DNA of 64,000 bases from contig DASYZZ010000019.1 of NCBI GenBank assembly GCA_035945695.1, positions 23,813 to 87,812 of the forward strand. Reading direction: 5' to 3'. This DNA is from Candidatus Sulfotelmatobacter sp. (GTDB lineage Bacteria; Acidobacteriota; Terriglobia; Terriglobales; Acidobacteriaceae). The position numbers were made by a program, and so were the translations under genes. Below the pieces are notes generated by a model. It saw only the letters and a list, made by a program, of their open reading frames with translations, had not been told where the DNA came from and ran no database searches. Positions 36,390-46,981 of the stretch are shown in pieces (position 1 is the stretch's first letter; the number at the start of each line of letters is the position of its first letter).

Positions 36390-38444
36390 TTATGTTCCGG
36401 TGAGCAGGAAGATTGGGGATTGAGGGGGAGAGATCGGGACGGCTGTGCCTGTGTCCGTCGTCGAACTCGTGTCCGGGGCCGAGACGACCGCTTGGAATGA
36501 GGTTCCGCTCAATCCCGTGGCGGACACGGTTACCGTCAGGCCATTCAAATAGGTCGCCCCCACAGAGCTGGTAAGTCCGGTGATGGCGACGTGATTGCCC
36601 GGTACGAAGTTGTTCACGGCCTGGAAGGTCACCACTCCCGAACTGATCGAGAACGACGTGATCGTCGCGACGCTGGCGCAATTCGCCCCACTGCAACTTC
36701 CAAACGGCGTAACGATGTTCGTAATCAGAGTGTCGGGGGTATTGTTGCCGCTGCCGACCGAAATCGAACTGGTGGTCGTATCGATGTCGGCAATGGATCC
36801 TGCGTCGCAAATGCTCACATAGACGTGGCTGCTATCGGCGGCAGACGCAGTGAACATGCGGAAACGCGTGCTGCCGGGGGTATAGGTTGCTGCCGGGGCG
36901 CAGGAAGGAACTGGCGGCACAGCGTACTGGGTCGGCGCGTACTGCGGCGCGGAGAGCAGAGAGAGCGACGGAGCAGGCGCCAACAGCGTCGAACTCGGGG
37001 TCTTCGGCGCCATGCTGAGCGCGTCAAAGACGGTCAGGATAGGCACGATGCAGGGAGTCGTCGTGCCGATGTTGGGATCGGTGCAGTTTGGCTCGGACGC
37101 ATAGCTGGCCACGTAGAAACGGGTTCCATCGGGCAAGGCAGTCACCGATACCGGGGAGCACGCCTCGGCACAGGGCGGATTCGATCCCGCCGTCATCACG
37201 ATGGTGGAGAGTAACGCAGGAGTGTCGTTGGGAACGCCGGTGGGGTCAAGCCCTCCAGTTGCCGCATACACGAAGACCGTTCCCGTGGTGGGATTCGTGA
37301 CGTAAATGCGGTTCAGGGTCTTGTCATACAGCACGAAGTTCGCGCCCGCGCCCACGGAGAGATTCGTCTGACTCGGCAGGATCGTATTCGTAGCGACATC
37401 AATAGGAACCAGCGTCCCTGAACCCTGGGCCAACACATAGACGCGCTGGTTATCCGAGCGCGCCACAGCCCAAATCGGAGTGCCGGGGACGGAGATTGTG
37501 GCGAAGGTCGACAGATCCACCGGGGAAACATCCATGACGGTGTTGTTTCCCTGGTTGACGACATAAAGGTTCAACCCATCCGGCGTCTCCGCAAGCGCGA
37601 CTGGATGAGAGCCCGGCGTCAGATAGACGATGTTGGAAATCGAGTTTGTTGCGACACTGAGAGATGCCACCGAATCCGTGCTGCTGTAGTTGCAGTTGGG
37701 GCCGTTCTCCTCGCCGTAATTGGCGACGAACACGGTTGTGGTCTGAGTGGTGGTGACGTAATCGGGAAGGTAGCGGCAAAACAGGGGCACAGGAACGACG
37801 GCCTGTCCACCGGTGGCCGGAGCCAATCCGGTTACTGAGTCGAGGTATTGAAGCGTCGTGCCGTTCACTGCAGTGATCGTGAAGTTTCCGTTGTAGCCGC
37901 CGTTATTTGCGCCAGAGGTGATGACGTTGGAGATCGTAACTTGACCGTTCACCTGAGCCTGCATGAGCGGAGTGCTCAGCGTGACCGTCACCAGATTGCC
38001 TGCCTCGCTGATTGCAGTAATGCCCGACAACTGACCCGGCCCGAGATTTGGAAAACTGAAAATAGTGGGTGTTCCCAGACCTGTCGCTGTCGGGCTGTCA
38101 GTCGCCGGAGTGAAGGCGGTCACGATGTCGTTGTCGCCCGCGTTGAGGCTGCCGGCGCTGGTCACGAAAACGCGAGAATTACTGGGAAGGGTGGCGATAT
38201 GCGTGGGATTCTCGCCCATGTTGGCTGCGCCGATATTCGAGTCGCCGGATACATCGATCTGGAGCGCAGTCCCAGGGTTGAACTGCGCGTTGCTGCTGAT
38301 GCCGAACACGGCATGGAAGCTCGAAGGGTTAGGAGGAGTGGGATTGACCGGAAGAACCACAGGTCGATAGACGTCACCACACGACATCCAGAGCACGGTT
38401 GCGACAGCCATTGCGGCCAGCCCGCCCACACGTCGAAAACTCAT
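36390..38444 (-). CDS. YVTN/YncE-like beta-propeller lipoprotein
   Basis: GGAG lies 5 nt before ATG 38444. Lipobox VLWMSC. Repeated blades: SRVFVTSAGS, LNLYVVNQGNNTVMDV, QRVYVLAQGSGTLVPIDV, NRIYVTNPTTGTVFVY, TRFYVASY, SHVYVSICDAGSIADID. Confidence 0.8.
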   Translation of the reverse strand: MSFRRVGGLAAMAVATVLWMSCGDVYRPVVLPVNPTPPNPSSFHAVFGISSNAQFNPGTALQIDVSGDSNIGAANMGENPTHIATLPSNSRVFVTSAGSLNAGDNDIVTAFTPATDSPTATGLGTPTIFSFPNLGPGQLSGITAISEAGNLVTVTLSTPLMQAQVNGQVTISNVITSGANNGGYNGNFTITAVNGTTLQYLDSVTGLAPATGGQAVVPVPLFCRYLPDYVTTTQTTTVFVANYGEENGPNCNYSSTDSVASLSVATNSISNIVYLTPGSHPVALAETPDGLNLYVVNQGNNTVMDVSPVDLSTFATISVPGTPIWAVARSDNQRVYVLAQGSGTLVPIDVATNTILPSQTNLSVGAGANFVLYDKTLNRIYVTNPTTGTVFVYAATGGLDPTGVPNDTPALLSTIVMTAGSNPPCAEACSPVSVTALPDGTRFYVASYASEPNCTDPNIGTTTPCIVPILTVFDALSMAPKTPSSTLLAPAPSLSLLSAPQYAPTQYAVPPVPSCAPAATYTPGSTRFRMFTASAADSSHVYVSICDAGSIADIDTTTSSISVGSGNNTPDTLITNIVTPFGSCSGANCASVATITSFSISSGVVTFQAVNNFVPGNHVAITGLTSSVGATYLNGLTVTVSATGLSGTSFQAVVSAPDTSSTTDTGTAVPISPPQSPIFLLTGT

Positions 38445-38617
38445 CGGCACTCCGAAGTGAAAATTCAGGTTCAGATTACGGAAACGGATATTGTATCGGT
38501 TGCGGGAGTTACACGCTAGGCGAGAAGGGACTTTCCCGGTCTAGCTCTAGCCAAGGATGCGGGAGATCGAGTACAGGGATGCCTTGGCGGTTTTCAGACT
38601 GCGATTGCGGTTTGCCT

Positions 38618-39466
38618 TCAGCCTCTGCGACGCCGTGATTTTCCTGTGGCAGCGGGTTCCGGTTCTGCGGATTTGGCAGTAGCCGCGGGCTTCTTCTTGC
38701 CTTCCATCTGGGCCAGACTCTGCTTCAAGGCCGCCATAAGATCGACGACGGGAGCGAGCTTCTTCGGCTTTTCCACAGCCGCGACTTCCCCGCCCTCAAG
38801 CTTGGTCTCGATGAGTTTCTTGAGATTTTCCTGAAAATTGTCTTTGTACTTTTCAGGATCCCACTCGTCGGCCAAAGCCTCGATCAACTGGTGAGCGACT
38901 TTGATTTCGGCTTCCTTGAGTTCTACGTCAGGTGCGCCGAAGCCTTCGACTTTGCGGACCTCGTCCGCGTAGTACATCGTGTGCAGCATGAGCCCGCCTT
39001 CGGTGGGACGCAGGAAAACGGTGTATTCGCGATTGTGCATGGTGATCTTCGCGATGGCGACGTATTCGCTTTCTTCGAGAGCCTTGGTCAGCAGGGCATA
39101 AGGGCGGCGTCCGGCTTCCTCGGGCAACATGTAGTAGGAGGACTCGAAGTAGACGGGGTCTACGTCCGCCTCTTTGACGAATTCGAGAATCTCCATGGTC
39201 TTGGCTGTCTGAGGCTCGATCTTCTTTATCTCGTCGGGTTCGATGACGATGTATTCGTCCTTGCGAAATTCGTAGCCTTTGACGATCTCGCTGCGATCGA
39301 CGACGACGTTCTCAAGCGGGCAGATGTATTGCTGCTTCACGCGCTGCTTATCGGGACGGTGCAGCATGTTGAAGGAAATACCGGAGCTGCGCGCGCCGGA
39401 AAAAAGACGTACCGGCATGGAGATAAGTCCGAAGGTTAAATGACCTGACCAGACCGACGACGGCAT
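38618..39466 (-). CDS. ku: Ku protein (bacterial NHEJ)
   Basis: ATG 39466 gives MPSSVWSGHLTFGLISMPVRLFSGAR, the canonical Ku N-terminus. Basic C-terminal tail ...GKSRRRRG. Confidence 0.9.
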   Translation of the reverse strand: MPSSVWSGHLTFGLISMPVRLFSGARSSGISFNMLHRPDKQRVKQQYICPLENVVVDRSEIVKGYEFRKDEYIVIEPDEIKKIEPQTAKTMEILEFVKEADVDPVYFESSYYMLPEEAGRRPYALLTKALEESEYVAIAKITMHNREYTVFLRPTEGGLMLHTMYYADEVRKVEGFGAPDVELKEAEIKVAHQLIEALADEWDPEKYKDNFQENLKKLIETKLEGGEVAAVEKPKKLAPVVDLMAALKQSLAQMEGKKKPAATAKSAEPEPAATGKSRRRRG

Positions 39467-39741
39467 AGTTCCCCTCGCAGGTTTCCGAGCGCGGCCCACG
39501 ACCGGCCCGGAGGAAATCGCTAAACTCAATGGCAGAGAGAGTTTAGCCTAGAACCCACATTTGATGCATCAAACGCGTCGCATGGGGAATCGAAATTCGA
39601 AGCCGGCGAGAATGGGGTAGGCGGCGGAACGATACTAGGGATTGTTGTTTACCAGGCTGATTCCTCACATTCCGTGCGGGATTTCAGGGAGCGCGATGCT
39701 TTGAGCTTGCAAATTTAGACTCCAGGACCCGAGGAGAGATC

Positions 39742-40266
39742 ATGGAAGACCTGCGGTATCCGATCGGCAAATTCAAGTACGACGGAGCAGTCACGGAACA
39801 ACAGAAGCAGTCGCTATTGAGCGAGGTTGCGCAAACTCCGGCGAATCTGCGGAAGGCGATTCACGGCCTCTCCGATGCGCAACTTGACACTCCCTATCGG
39901 CCCGGTGGGTGGACGGTGCGGCAGGTGGTGCATCACCTGCCGGACAGCCATATGAATTCCTACGTGCGATTCAAGCTGGCGCTGACAGAAGATGAACCGA
40001 CGATTAAGACCTATGCGGAAGATCTGTGGGCGCAGTTGGCGGACACTGCGGCGACTCCGATAGAGATCTCGCTGACGTTGCTCGACTCCCTGCACGACCG
40101 ATGGGTGCGGCTGCTGCGATCGCTCACTCCCGAGCAATGGAAGCGAACGCTTCGGCATCCGGAACTTGGTCCGATGAATCTTGAGAAAACGCTCGCAATC
40201 TATGCGTGGCATGGGAAGCATCACGTGGCGCACATCACGGAGTTGCGCAAGAGAAACTCGTGGTGA
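39742..40266 (+). CDS. DinB/YfiT-family metal-dependent hydrolase (thiol-transferase-like)
   Basis: YPIGKF...GGWTVRQVVHHLPDSHMNSYVRFKLAL...AWHGKHHVAHI (His triad of the YfiT type). Confidence 0.85.
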   Translation: MEDLRYPIGKFKYDGAVTEQQKQSLLSEVAQTPANLRKAIHGLSDAQLDTPYRPGGWTVRQVVHHLPDSHMNSYVRFKLALTEDEPTIKTYAEDLWAQLADTAATPIEISLTLLDSLHDRWVRLLRSLTPEQWKRTLRHPELGPMNLEKTLAIYAWHGKHHVAHITELRKRNSW

Positions 40267-40299
40267 CTCCGGCAAGTCGTCGGGGAGAGAGGCAAATTT

Positions 40300-40725
40300 G
40301 TGGAGCAGCGCTTAAGCATTGTGACGCTCGGGGTAGACAACCTCTCCCGCAGCCGGGAGTTCTACGAGCGCCTGGGATGGCGCAAGTCGACAGCAAGTTC
40401 GGAAAACATTGTATTTTTTCAAGCCGGATGCATGGCGGTTGCGCTGTATGCTCGCGCCGAACTAGCGAAGGATGCGAATGTCGCGGCGGATGGCACCGGC
40501 TTCGGCGGCATCACTTTTGCTTACAATGCACGCAGCCGAGAGGACGTCGATGACGTGCTTGCCGAGGCCAAAACAGCAGGAGCGAAGATTCTGAAGCCCG
40601 CTCAAGAAGTTTTTTGGGGCGGCTATTCGGGATACTTTTCCGACCCCGACGGATTCCTGTGGGAAGTCGCATGGAATCCGTTCTTCCCTATCGCAGAAAA
40701 AGGGGCGATTCAACTTCCGGAGTGA
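40300..40725 (+). CDS. VOC (glyoxalase/bleomycin-resistance) family protein
   Basis: LSIVTLGVDNLSRSREFYERLGW ... GYFSDPDGFLWEVAWNP. Confidence 0.85.
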   Translation: MEQRLSIVTLGVDNLSRSREFYERLGWRKSTASSENIVFFQAGCMAVALYARAELAKDANVAADGTGFGGITFAYNARSREDVDDVLAEAKTAGAKILKPAQEVFWGGYSGYFSDPDGFLWEVAWNPFFPIAEKGAIQLPE

Positions 40726-40780
40726 GTTCTGCCCGTCACGACCTGTCCAGCGACGGCCGTTCATGAAAATAGATCGCTCG

Positions 40781-40853
40781 CTCAGGGGCTGAAGCCCGCA
40801 TCTCTATCCCCGGCTTCGGCGGCACGGCTTGAAGCCGTGCCCTTCCCGAAATC
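40781..40853. repeat. REP-like double-hairpin element, copy 2
   Basis: GGGGCT-GA-AGCCC (40785-97) and GGCACGGCT-TGA-AGCCGTGCC (40821-41), followed by CTTCCCGAAA. Confidence 0.8.
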
Positions 40854-40880
40854 ATTTGTGAGACCGCTACGAGTAAAACT

Positions 40881-42518
40881 TCAATTCTGCCACGTCACGC
40901 CCGGATACAAGCTCGGGACGCGGTAGGCGCGATAGGCATTCATGGGCACGGGAATATCCATCTTCCAAATGATGGAGGGAGTCGGTGTCTGAGTCACCTC
41001 CTGCACTTCGGAAGCAATGGTAGGGCCGGGGGGCACCTCCATGGCATTCACGTCGAACTCGACATTGCTGTTCGCGAGTTGATTGACGCTGCCTCCCCAG
41101 ACGCTGAAATAACCCGGTGCGTCGGCCCAACGGAGGTCGGCCACCATTGCGCTCTCATCGGCCTGAAAGATAGTCGCGCGCGAGTAGCAGGTGGGCGGCC
41201 CGGGAATTTGGCAGATCGTGCCATTCGTGTCTAGGGGGCGATAATCGCCGTTGTCCCACACAGCCAGCGTTGTGACTGAGCCACTCTGGCTGATGAATGA
41301 GGGGAAATGCTGGAACGAAAACCACAGGCTTGGGTCGTCGGTCGGAACGCCATTATTGGTTAACGCGAAGTCGCCCTCGTATCCAAGCTTCCATAGGACA
41401 TTGCCGGTTCCCGCTCCGTTGCTGTAGTCGATTTTGAGAATCCACGACTGGTGGCGCATGGAGAGCAGCAGGTTACCGTCGCCCGGCAAGTAGACAAGGC
41501 CGTTGCCGTGCGTCCAGTCAGGGAGTCCGTAAAGATGGCGGTTCACATCCAGATGATCGAAACCGTTCCAGGCCCAGACCGGATTCCAGTTTGGATCCAG
41601 ATCGACCAATGCGTCTCCGACGACCTGTGTTGTGCCCGGATATCCCGGAAGGTCGGTGAACGACTTTAGGACGTTGACCAGGACAATCACGTGCCCGTTC
41701 GCGAGAGGCATGAAGTCGTGGTGATAGCCCGTGGGCACAAAATCGTACCCTGCGGCTTGCATCCGTTGTTGCAGCACGGTGATGTCGAGTTCGCGAATGT
41801 TGTTGCCGGCGAGGTCGACTTCGCGGATGAGAGAGTCTCCGCCCTGATTCGCCATACTGAAAAGGAAATGACCATTCGGCAGAAGTTTGTAAGTATAGGG
41901 GAAGTAGCCGGGATCGACGTTGTAATACCAGATCGGATTGCCGTCGCGATCGGCGAAGAACGCCTGGATTTGGTTCGAGGTGGGAGCGACCGTGTCAATG
42001 AGTTCGACGCCGGGATTTTCGGAAACAGAGGGCGAGGGATCGGGCCTGGTTATCTGGAGAGCGGGAAACGGCATGGATGGCGGAGCGCCGGTTGTGAATG
42101 TCGAGTCCGGGCTTGTGATCGTGGTTCCGGAGCACTGGCGATCGGAGCGCATGTGGTAGGTGGTCGATGCGCGCATGCCAGCGACCTGGATGGTGAGCGG
42201 CTGGAGTGCAGAAATCGGGTACCAGGCGGTTGTGCGTCCGTATGTGGTATCGGTGCCGAACTCGACCATGACCTGGCCGGAGCATCCGCTGCCGACAGTG
42301 TACTGCGCGACAAGAGGATTCTGCGTCGCTGAAACCGACGTGTGCAGAATGGCCGGACGATCAGATGAGGAATTTCCGCAGCCCCCAAGAACTGCGGATG
42401 CGGAGAGCATGGCGGCGAGAACTACTCGGTTTGTCTTCCTTCGGACTCCTACTGCGGGGGGCTGAGCAGAATCGAGCGGCGTGCAAACGGAACAGCAGCG
42501 GCGCATACAATCTCCCAA
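40881..42518 (-). CDS. Arylsulfotransferase (ASST)-family beta-propeller lipoprotein
   Basis: Lipobox LGGCG. DGNPIWYY...LPNGHFLFSM...GYHHDFMPLANGHVIV...WTHGNGLVYLPGDGNLLLSMRHQSWILKIDY matches my memory of ASST-family proteins. Exact start uncertain. Confidence 0.62.
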   Translation of the reverse strand: MGDCMRRCCSVCTPLDSAQPPAVGVRRKTNRVVLAAMLSASAVLGGCGNSSSDRPAILHTSVSATQNPLVAQYTVGSGCSGQVMVEFGTDTTYGRTTAWYPISALQPLTIQVAGMRASTTYHMRSDRQCSGTTITSPDSTFTTGAPPSMPFPALQITRPDPSPSVSENPGVELIDTVAPTSNQIQAFFADRDGNPIWYYNVDPGYFPYTYKLLPNGHFLFSMANQGGDSLIREVDLAGNNIRELDITVLQQRMQAAGYDFVPTGYHHDFMPLANGHVIVLVNVLKSFTDLPGYPGTTQVVGDALVDLDPNWNPVWAWNGFDHLDVNRHLYGLPDWTHGNGLVYLPGDGNLLLSMRHQSWILKIDYSNGAGTGNVLWKLGYEGDFALTNNGVPTDDPSLWFSFQHFPSFISQSGSVTTLAVWDNGDYRPLDTNGTICQIPGPPTCYSRATIFQADESAMVADLRWADAPGYFSVWGGSVNQLANSNVEFDVNAMEVPPGPTIASEVQEVTQTPTPSIIWKMDIPVPMNAYRAYRVPSLYPGVTWQN

Positions 42519-42820
42519 CTACTTTATTTCTGCTCGACAACGTGCGCCCGCCACATCGATTACTTCAATTGTTACCGAGAAGCATTGTGTCGAATCCGCG
42601 GAGGAAACGCAACAGCGATCCGCTTGTTGAGCAAACAGCCCGCCGGATCGATTTTGTAGCGGCTTCGCGGTATCGGCGGCGATTCGTTTAGTGTTACTCT
42701 ATTCGTTCCGAACGATTTCATTCCCCCTGTTTTGGGCTATCCGTTAAGCCCCAGAGCCGGGGCGCATTCCGAAGGGTTCGTCCTTGAAGTGAAACTGCAA
42801 AGAGGAGAGAGGACCATACG

Positions 42821-43885
42821 ATGAGAATCGGCATTTTGACCGGCGGAGGGGATTGCCCGGGACTGAATGCAGTCATCCGCGCCGTCGTGCGCAAGGGGGT
42901 TTTCCATTACCACGACGAGTTCGTTGGATTTCTCGAGGGCTGGCGCGGCCTGGTGGAAGATCAGAGCACGGCTCTCGACCTCGATGCGGTCAGCGGCATC
43001 CTGCCTCGGGGCGGAACGATTCTGCGTACGTCGCGGACGAATCCGTCGAAGCGTCCGGACGGATTTGAACGCTGCATCAATACGCTGAAGAAACACAGGA
43101 TTGATGCTCTGGTTGCGATCGGCGGAGACGACACGCTTTCGGTAGCTCAGAAGCTGCACGAAAAGGGTGTGAGCGTGGTGGGGGTTCCGAAAACGATCGA
43201 CAACGATCTGGGCGGAACGGATTACACCTTCGGATTTGATACGGCCTGCAACATCGTGTGCGAAGCGATCGACCGCGTGCACACAACGGCCGAAGCTCAC
43301 AACCGTGTAATGGTCGTCGAAGTGATGGGACGAGATGCGGGCTGGATTGCCCTGTATAGCGGAATCGCCGGCGGCGCCGACGTGATTCTGATTCCCGAGC
43401 GGCCGTTCGATGTAGACAAGGTGGCGGAGTCGATCCGTCAGCGGCACGAGCGAGGGCGCTATTTTTCGATCGTTGTTGTGGCTGAGGGTGCAAAGTTCGC
43501 CACAGGTGCGGGCGCTCCGGTGATCCAGGATATGGGCAAGGACGAATTCGGGCATGCCAAGCTCGGAGGCATTGCCAACATTCTCGCCCGCGAGATTGAG
43601 CAGCGCACCGGCTTTGAAACCCGCGCCGTCGTGCTCGGACACATTCAGCGCGGCGGATCGCCAAGCGCATTTGATCGCGTTCTGGCGACGCGTTACGGCC
43701 TGGGCGCCATCGATATGGTGCATCGCGGCGAATTCGGCTGCATGGCCGCCCTGCGAGCCAATAAGATTGTTTCCATCACGCTGAAGGAAGCGATTTCCAA
43801 GAACCGCGTGGTCGACGATGAGATCATTCAGGTCGCCAGCGGATTATTCGAAGAGATCGGCGCGAAGGAAGCGGCCGGCAAATAA
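42821..43885 (+). CDS. pfk: 6-phosphofructokinase (ATP- or PPi-dependent; donor not determinable by eye)
   Basis: MRIGILTGGGDCPGLNAVIRAVV, IGGDDTL, GVPKTIDNDL, MGRDAGWIAL, LGHIQRGG. Confidence 0.9.
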   Translation: MRIGILTGGGDCPGLNAVIRAVVRKGVFHYHDEFVGFLEGWRGLVEDQSTALDLDAVSGILPRGGTILRTSRTNPSKRPDGFERCINTLKKHRIDALVAIGGDDTLSVAQKLHEKGVSVVGVPKTIDNDLGGTDYTFGFDTACNIVCEAIDRVHTTAEAHNRVMVVEVMGRDAGWIALYSGIAGGADVILIPERPFDVDKVAESIRQRHERGRYFSIVVVAEGAKFATGAGAPVIQDMGKDEFGHAKLGGIANILAREIEQRTGFETRAVVLGHIQRGGSPSAFDRVLATRYGLGAIDMVHRGEFGCMAALRANKIVSITLKEAISKNRVVDDEIIQVASGLFEEIGAKEAAGK

Positions 43886-43972
43886 TCTGGCGAGTTCCAG
43901 CTACTGCGGCAGCTGCAGCCGGGTGGTCGCCTATTTGCCGCCGGAGTTCGTGCAGCGCTCTTCCTCAACTCA

Positions 43973-45679
43973 ATGCAGAACCTCTACGCCCGGCTCGCGC
44001 CTTCCCTGCTTGTGATCATCGAGGCGCTACTGACGTTTGCCGGAATCCTGCTCGTCTTTGTCTCTCACAGCCGTCATGAGCACGGCCGCGGGCCGCTACG
44101 GTGGATACGAGGCGCCTTCAGTCGACTGGCGCGGCATCGAACGCTCGCGATCTTTTTCGTGGGAGCCGGCGTCATCGTCATTCGCGCGGCGCTGATCCCT
44201 GTACTTGGAATTCCGCAACCGCGATGGAATGACGAGTTCAGCTATCTCCTGGCAGCCGATACGTTCGCCCACGGGCGGCTAACGAATCCGACGCATCCGA
44301 TGTGGATTCATTTTGAAAGCTTCCACATCATCCAGCGTCCGACATATATGTCGATGTACCCTCCGGCGCAAGGGCTTGTGCTGGCGATGGGACAGTTATT
44401 GGGGAATCCGTGGATCGGGCAACTGCTCATCACGGCTGCGATGTGTTCAGTGCTGTGCTGGGCGCTGCAAGGATGGCTGCCTCCGCGATGGGCGCTGTTC
44501 GGCGCAGTGCTTGCCGCGTTGCGGCTCGGAATTCTCAGCTATTGGATGAACAGTTATTGGTGCGCTTCGGTGGCTGCGCTGGGTGGCGCGCTGGTGATCG
44601 GCGCGTGGCCGCGGCTGCGCAGGAAATTGTCCCCGGGTTCGGCGATTGCAATGGCGCTGGGTCTGGCGATACTGGCCAATAGCCGTCCCTATGAAGGGTT
44701 GGTTCTTGCCATTCCTGTTGCTCTTGCCATGCTCTACTGGCTCGCCGGGCCTTCTCGTCCACGTCTCGGGCGAAGCGTGCCCCGGGCTGTTTTACCCATG
44801 GCGTTTGTTCTCGTGATGGCTGCGTTGGGTACGAGCTACTACTATTTTGAGGTCACGGGAAATCCCTTCCGCATGACATATCAAGTGAATCGCGAGACCT
44901 ATGCGATGGCGCCCTATTTTCTATGGGAAAAACCGAGGCCGGAGCCTGAATATCATCACGAAATTTTTCGGACCTTTTATGAGTGGGAACTTGGACGCTT
45001 CGAAGACAGCCTGACACTGAAGGGTTATCTGAAAAGCACGACTGTGAAGGTAGAGCAATCGTGGCAGTTCTATGTAGGTCCGGCAATGACTCTTCTTTTG
45101 CTGGCACTGCCATGGGCGATTAGGGACCGGAAGGTATGGTTTCCGCTAGTGATTCTCGGAGGCATGGCGGTGGGATTCTCGGTGCAGACCTGGACGCTAC
45201 CCCATTATCTTGCGCCGGCAACTGTGCTTCTTTATCTCCTCATCGCGCAAAGCGCGCGGCATTTGCAGTTGTGGAAACGTCGGGCGCGGCTGGGACAATC
45301 GCTGGTTATTCTGATCCCGATTGTGGGCTGCGCTCTGATTATCCTGCGAGTAACGGCCGTCGTGGCGCAAGCTCCGATTGAACCGGCGTGGCCGAGGGGC
45401 AATCTGCAGCGTCCTAGAATTGTTCATCAACTGACGCAGATGCGGGGGCCGCAGCTGGTGGTTGTGAATTATGGGCCGCATCATGATGTCGACTGGGAAT
45501 GGGTCTGGAATTCGGCTGATATTGACCGCTCGAAAGTTGTGTGGGCCCGCGACATGGGCGCAGCCGGAAATCAGGACCTCCTGGATTACTTCAGAGGAAG
45601 AACAGTTTGGCGGTTGAATGGAGATGATCCGGTGCCCGAACTGAAGCCTTACGAAGCAGCCATTTCGAGTGCGCCCTGA
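43973..45679 (+). CDS. GT-C-type polytopic membrane glycosyltransferase-like protein
   Basis: About 12 or more TM segments. First-loop acidic motif [18 protein letters not shown], like the DE/DxD loop of PMT/ArnT-type GT-C enzymes. C-terminal soluble tail. Confidence 0.6.
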   Translation: MQNLYARLAPSLLVIIEALLTFAGILLVFVSHSRHEHGRGPLRWIRGAFSRLARHRTLAIFFVGAGVIVIRAALIPVLGIPQPRWNDEFSYLLAADTFAHGRLTNPTHPMWIHFESFHIIQRPTYMSMYPPAQGLVLAMGQLLGNPWIGQLLITAAMCSVLCWALQGWLPPRWALFGAVLAALRLGILSYWMNSYWCASVAALGGALVIGAWPRLRRKLSPGSAIAMALGLAILANSRPYEGLVLAIPVALAMLYWLAGPSRPRLGRSVPRAVLPMAFVLVMAALGTSYYYFEVTGNPFRMTYQVNRETYAMAPYFLWEKPRPEPEYHHEIFRTFYEWELGRFEDSLTLKGYLKSTTVKVEQSWQFYVGPAMTLLLLALPWAIRDRKVWFPLVILGGMAVGFSVQTWTLPHYLAPATVLLYLLIAQSARHLQLWKRRARLGQSLVILIPIVGCALIILRVTAVVAQAPIEPAWPRGNLQRPRIVHQLTQMRGPQLVVVNYGPHHDVDWEWVWNSADIDRSKVVWARDMGAAGNQDLLDYFRGRTVWRLNGDDPVPELKPYEAAISSAP

Positions 45680-45709
45680 GTTTGATAGAGTCTCCGGCAT
45701 CCGAATCGC

Positions 45710-46981
45710 GTGAAACCGACGAAGAAAAATCAGGCTTTGATCTGGCTGCTGCTGAGCCTTTGCGTGAGCGCAATTGCGTGGTTCTATGCGCATCAGATTC
45801 TTGATCCGTGGGCTGATGCCCGAGATGCCCAAAAGGGCGGACTTAAAGCGCAGATGGGAGATATCTATCCGCGCTGGGTCGGGGCACGAGAACTTCTGAT
45901 TTATCGTCACAATCCCTATGGGGCCGATGTGAGCCACGAGATCCAGATGGCATACTACGGACACATTGTGACAGAGGAGGAATCGCGAACACGCGTTGTG
46001 GATGAACAGCGTTTCGTGTATCCCGTGTACGTTGTGTTTTTGCTCGCGCCGACCATCCACACGGATTTTGCGACGGTGCGGAGATGGGCGCCATTTGCGC
46101 TGGGCGCATTGGCGGGGCTCAGTGCTTTGCTGTGCATCGGGCTGCTCGACTGGAGTTTGCCTTGGGCGATGATCGTTGCTGTGGTTCTGTTTACGCTCGC
46201 TAGTCCGCAGATCGGGCAAGGAATTCGCCACCAGCAATTTGCGTTGCTGGTCGGATGCCTGCTCTTCGCAGGAGCGTGGTGCGTGCATAAAGGGCACTTG
46301 GCGAGCGGAGGAGTACTGCTGGCGCTTTCGACGATCAAGCCGCAGATGGCTTTGTTCCCGCTTGTCTGGTTCTTGATTTGGACAATCGGAGAGTGGCGGC
46401 CACGTTGGCGATTGCTGGCAAGTTTCGGATCAGCTTTAGGCGTGCTGGTGATCGGCGGTGCGATCTTGTTGCCCAGTTGGATCCGTGACTTCATCTCGGG
46501 TATGGCGGCTTATCGGAAGTACTTCCCTACTACGTCGATATTGCGCCTGTTGTTTGGGGACTGGCTTGGAATCGCGCTGTCGTCCGTCGTCATTATTTGG
46601 GTTTTAATCTACGGCTGGAGCCGGAGAAAAGCAGGAGGAGACTCGCGCAGTTTTGCTTCGACATTCGCCGCGTTCCTGATGGTCACGGTGATCACGTTTC
46701 CGTTGTTCACGCCGTTTAATCAGGTGCTGCTGATTCTGCCGGCGCTTCTTGTCGTGCAGGAATGGGCAAGGCTGCCTAAGGTTTCGCGGCTCGCGTTCGC
46801 GGCTGTCATTTGCTGGCCGTGGATCGCGTCATTCGCGCTACTGCTGTGGAGGCTTCCGGTGAATCCGGCGAATCGGATTCCGGTCGTCCCGGCAATTGCG
46901 TCCTCGCTGCTGCCATTGCTTCTGCCTGTGGTGCTCTTCATGCGAAAGAGCGATGTGCTGACTCAGGTTAAGGGAGCTTGA
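45710..46981 (+). CDS. GT87/DUF2029-type membrane glycosyltransferase
   Basis: Polytopic. Early loop GDIYPRWVGARELLIYRHNPYG...FVYPVYVVFLLAP resembles DUF2029 (polyprenyl-phosphate-mannose-dependent alpha-mannosyltransferase family). Confidence 0.68.
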   Translation: MKPTKKNQALIWLLLSLCVSAIAWFYAHQILDPWADARDAQKGGLKAQMGDIYPRWVGARELLIYRHNPYGADVSHEIQMAYYGHIVTEEESRTRVVDEQRFVYPVYVVFLLAPTIHTDFATVRRWAPFALGALAGLSALLCIGLLDWSLPWAMIVAVVLFTLASPQIGQGIRHQQFALLVGCLLFAGAWCVHKGHLASGGVLLALSTIKPQMALFPLVWFLIWTIGEWRPRWRLLASFGSALGVLVIGGAILLPSWIRDFISGMAAYRKYFPTTSILRLLFGDWLGIALSSVVIIWVLIYGWSRRKAGGDSRSFASTFAAFLMVTVITFPLFTPFNQVLLILPALLVVQEWARLPKVSRLAFAAVICWPWIASFALLLWRLPVNPANRIPVVPAIASSLLPLLLPVVLFMRKSDVLTQVKGA

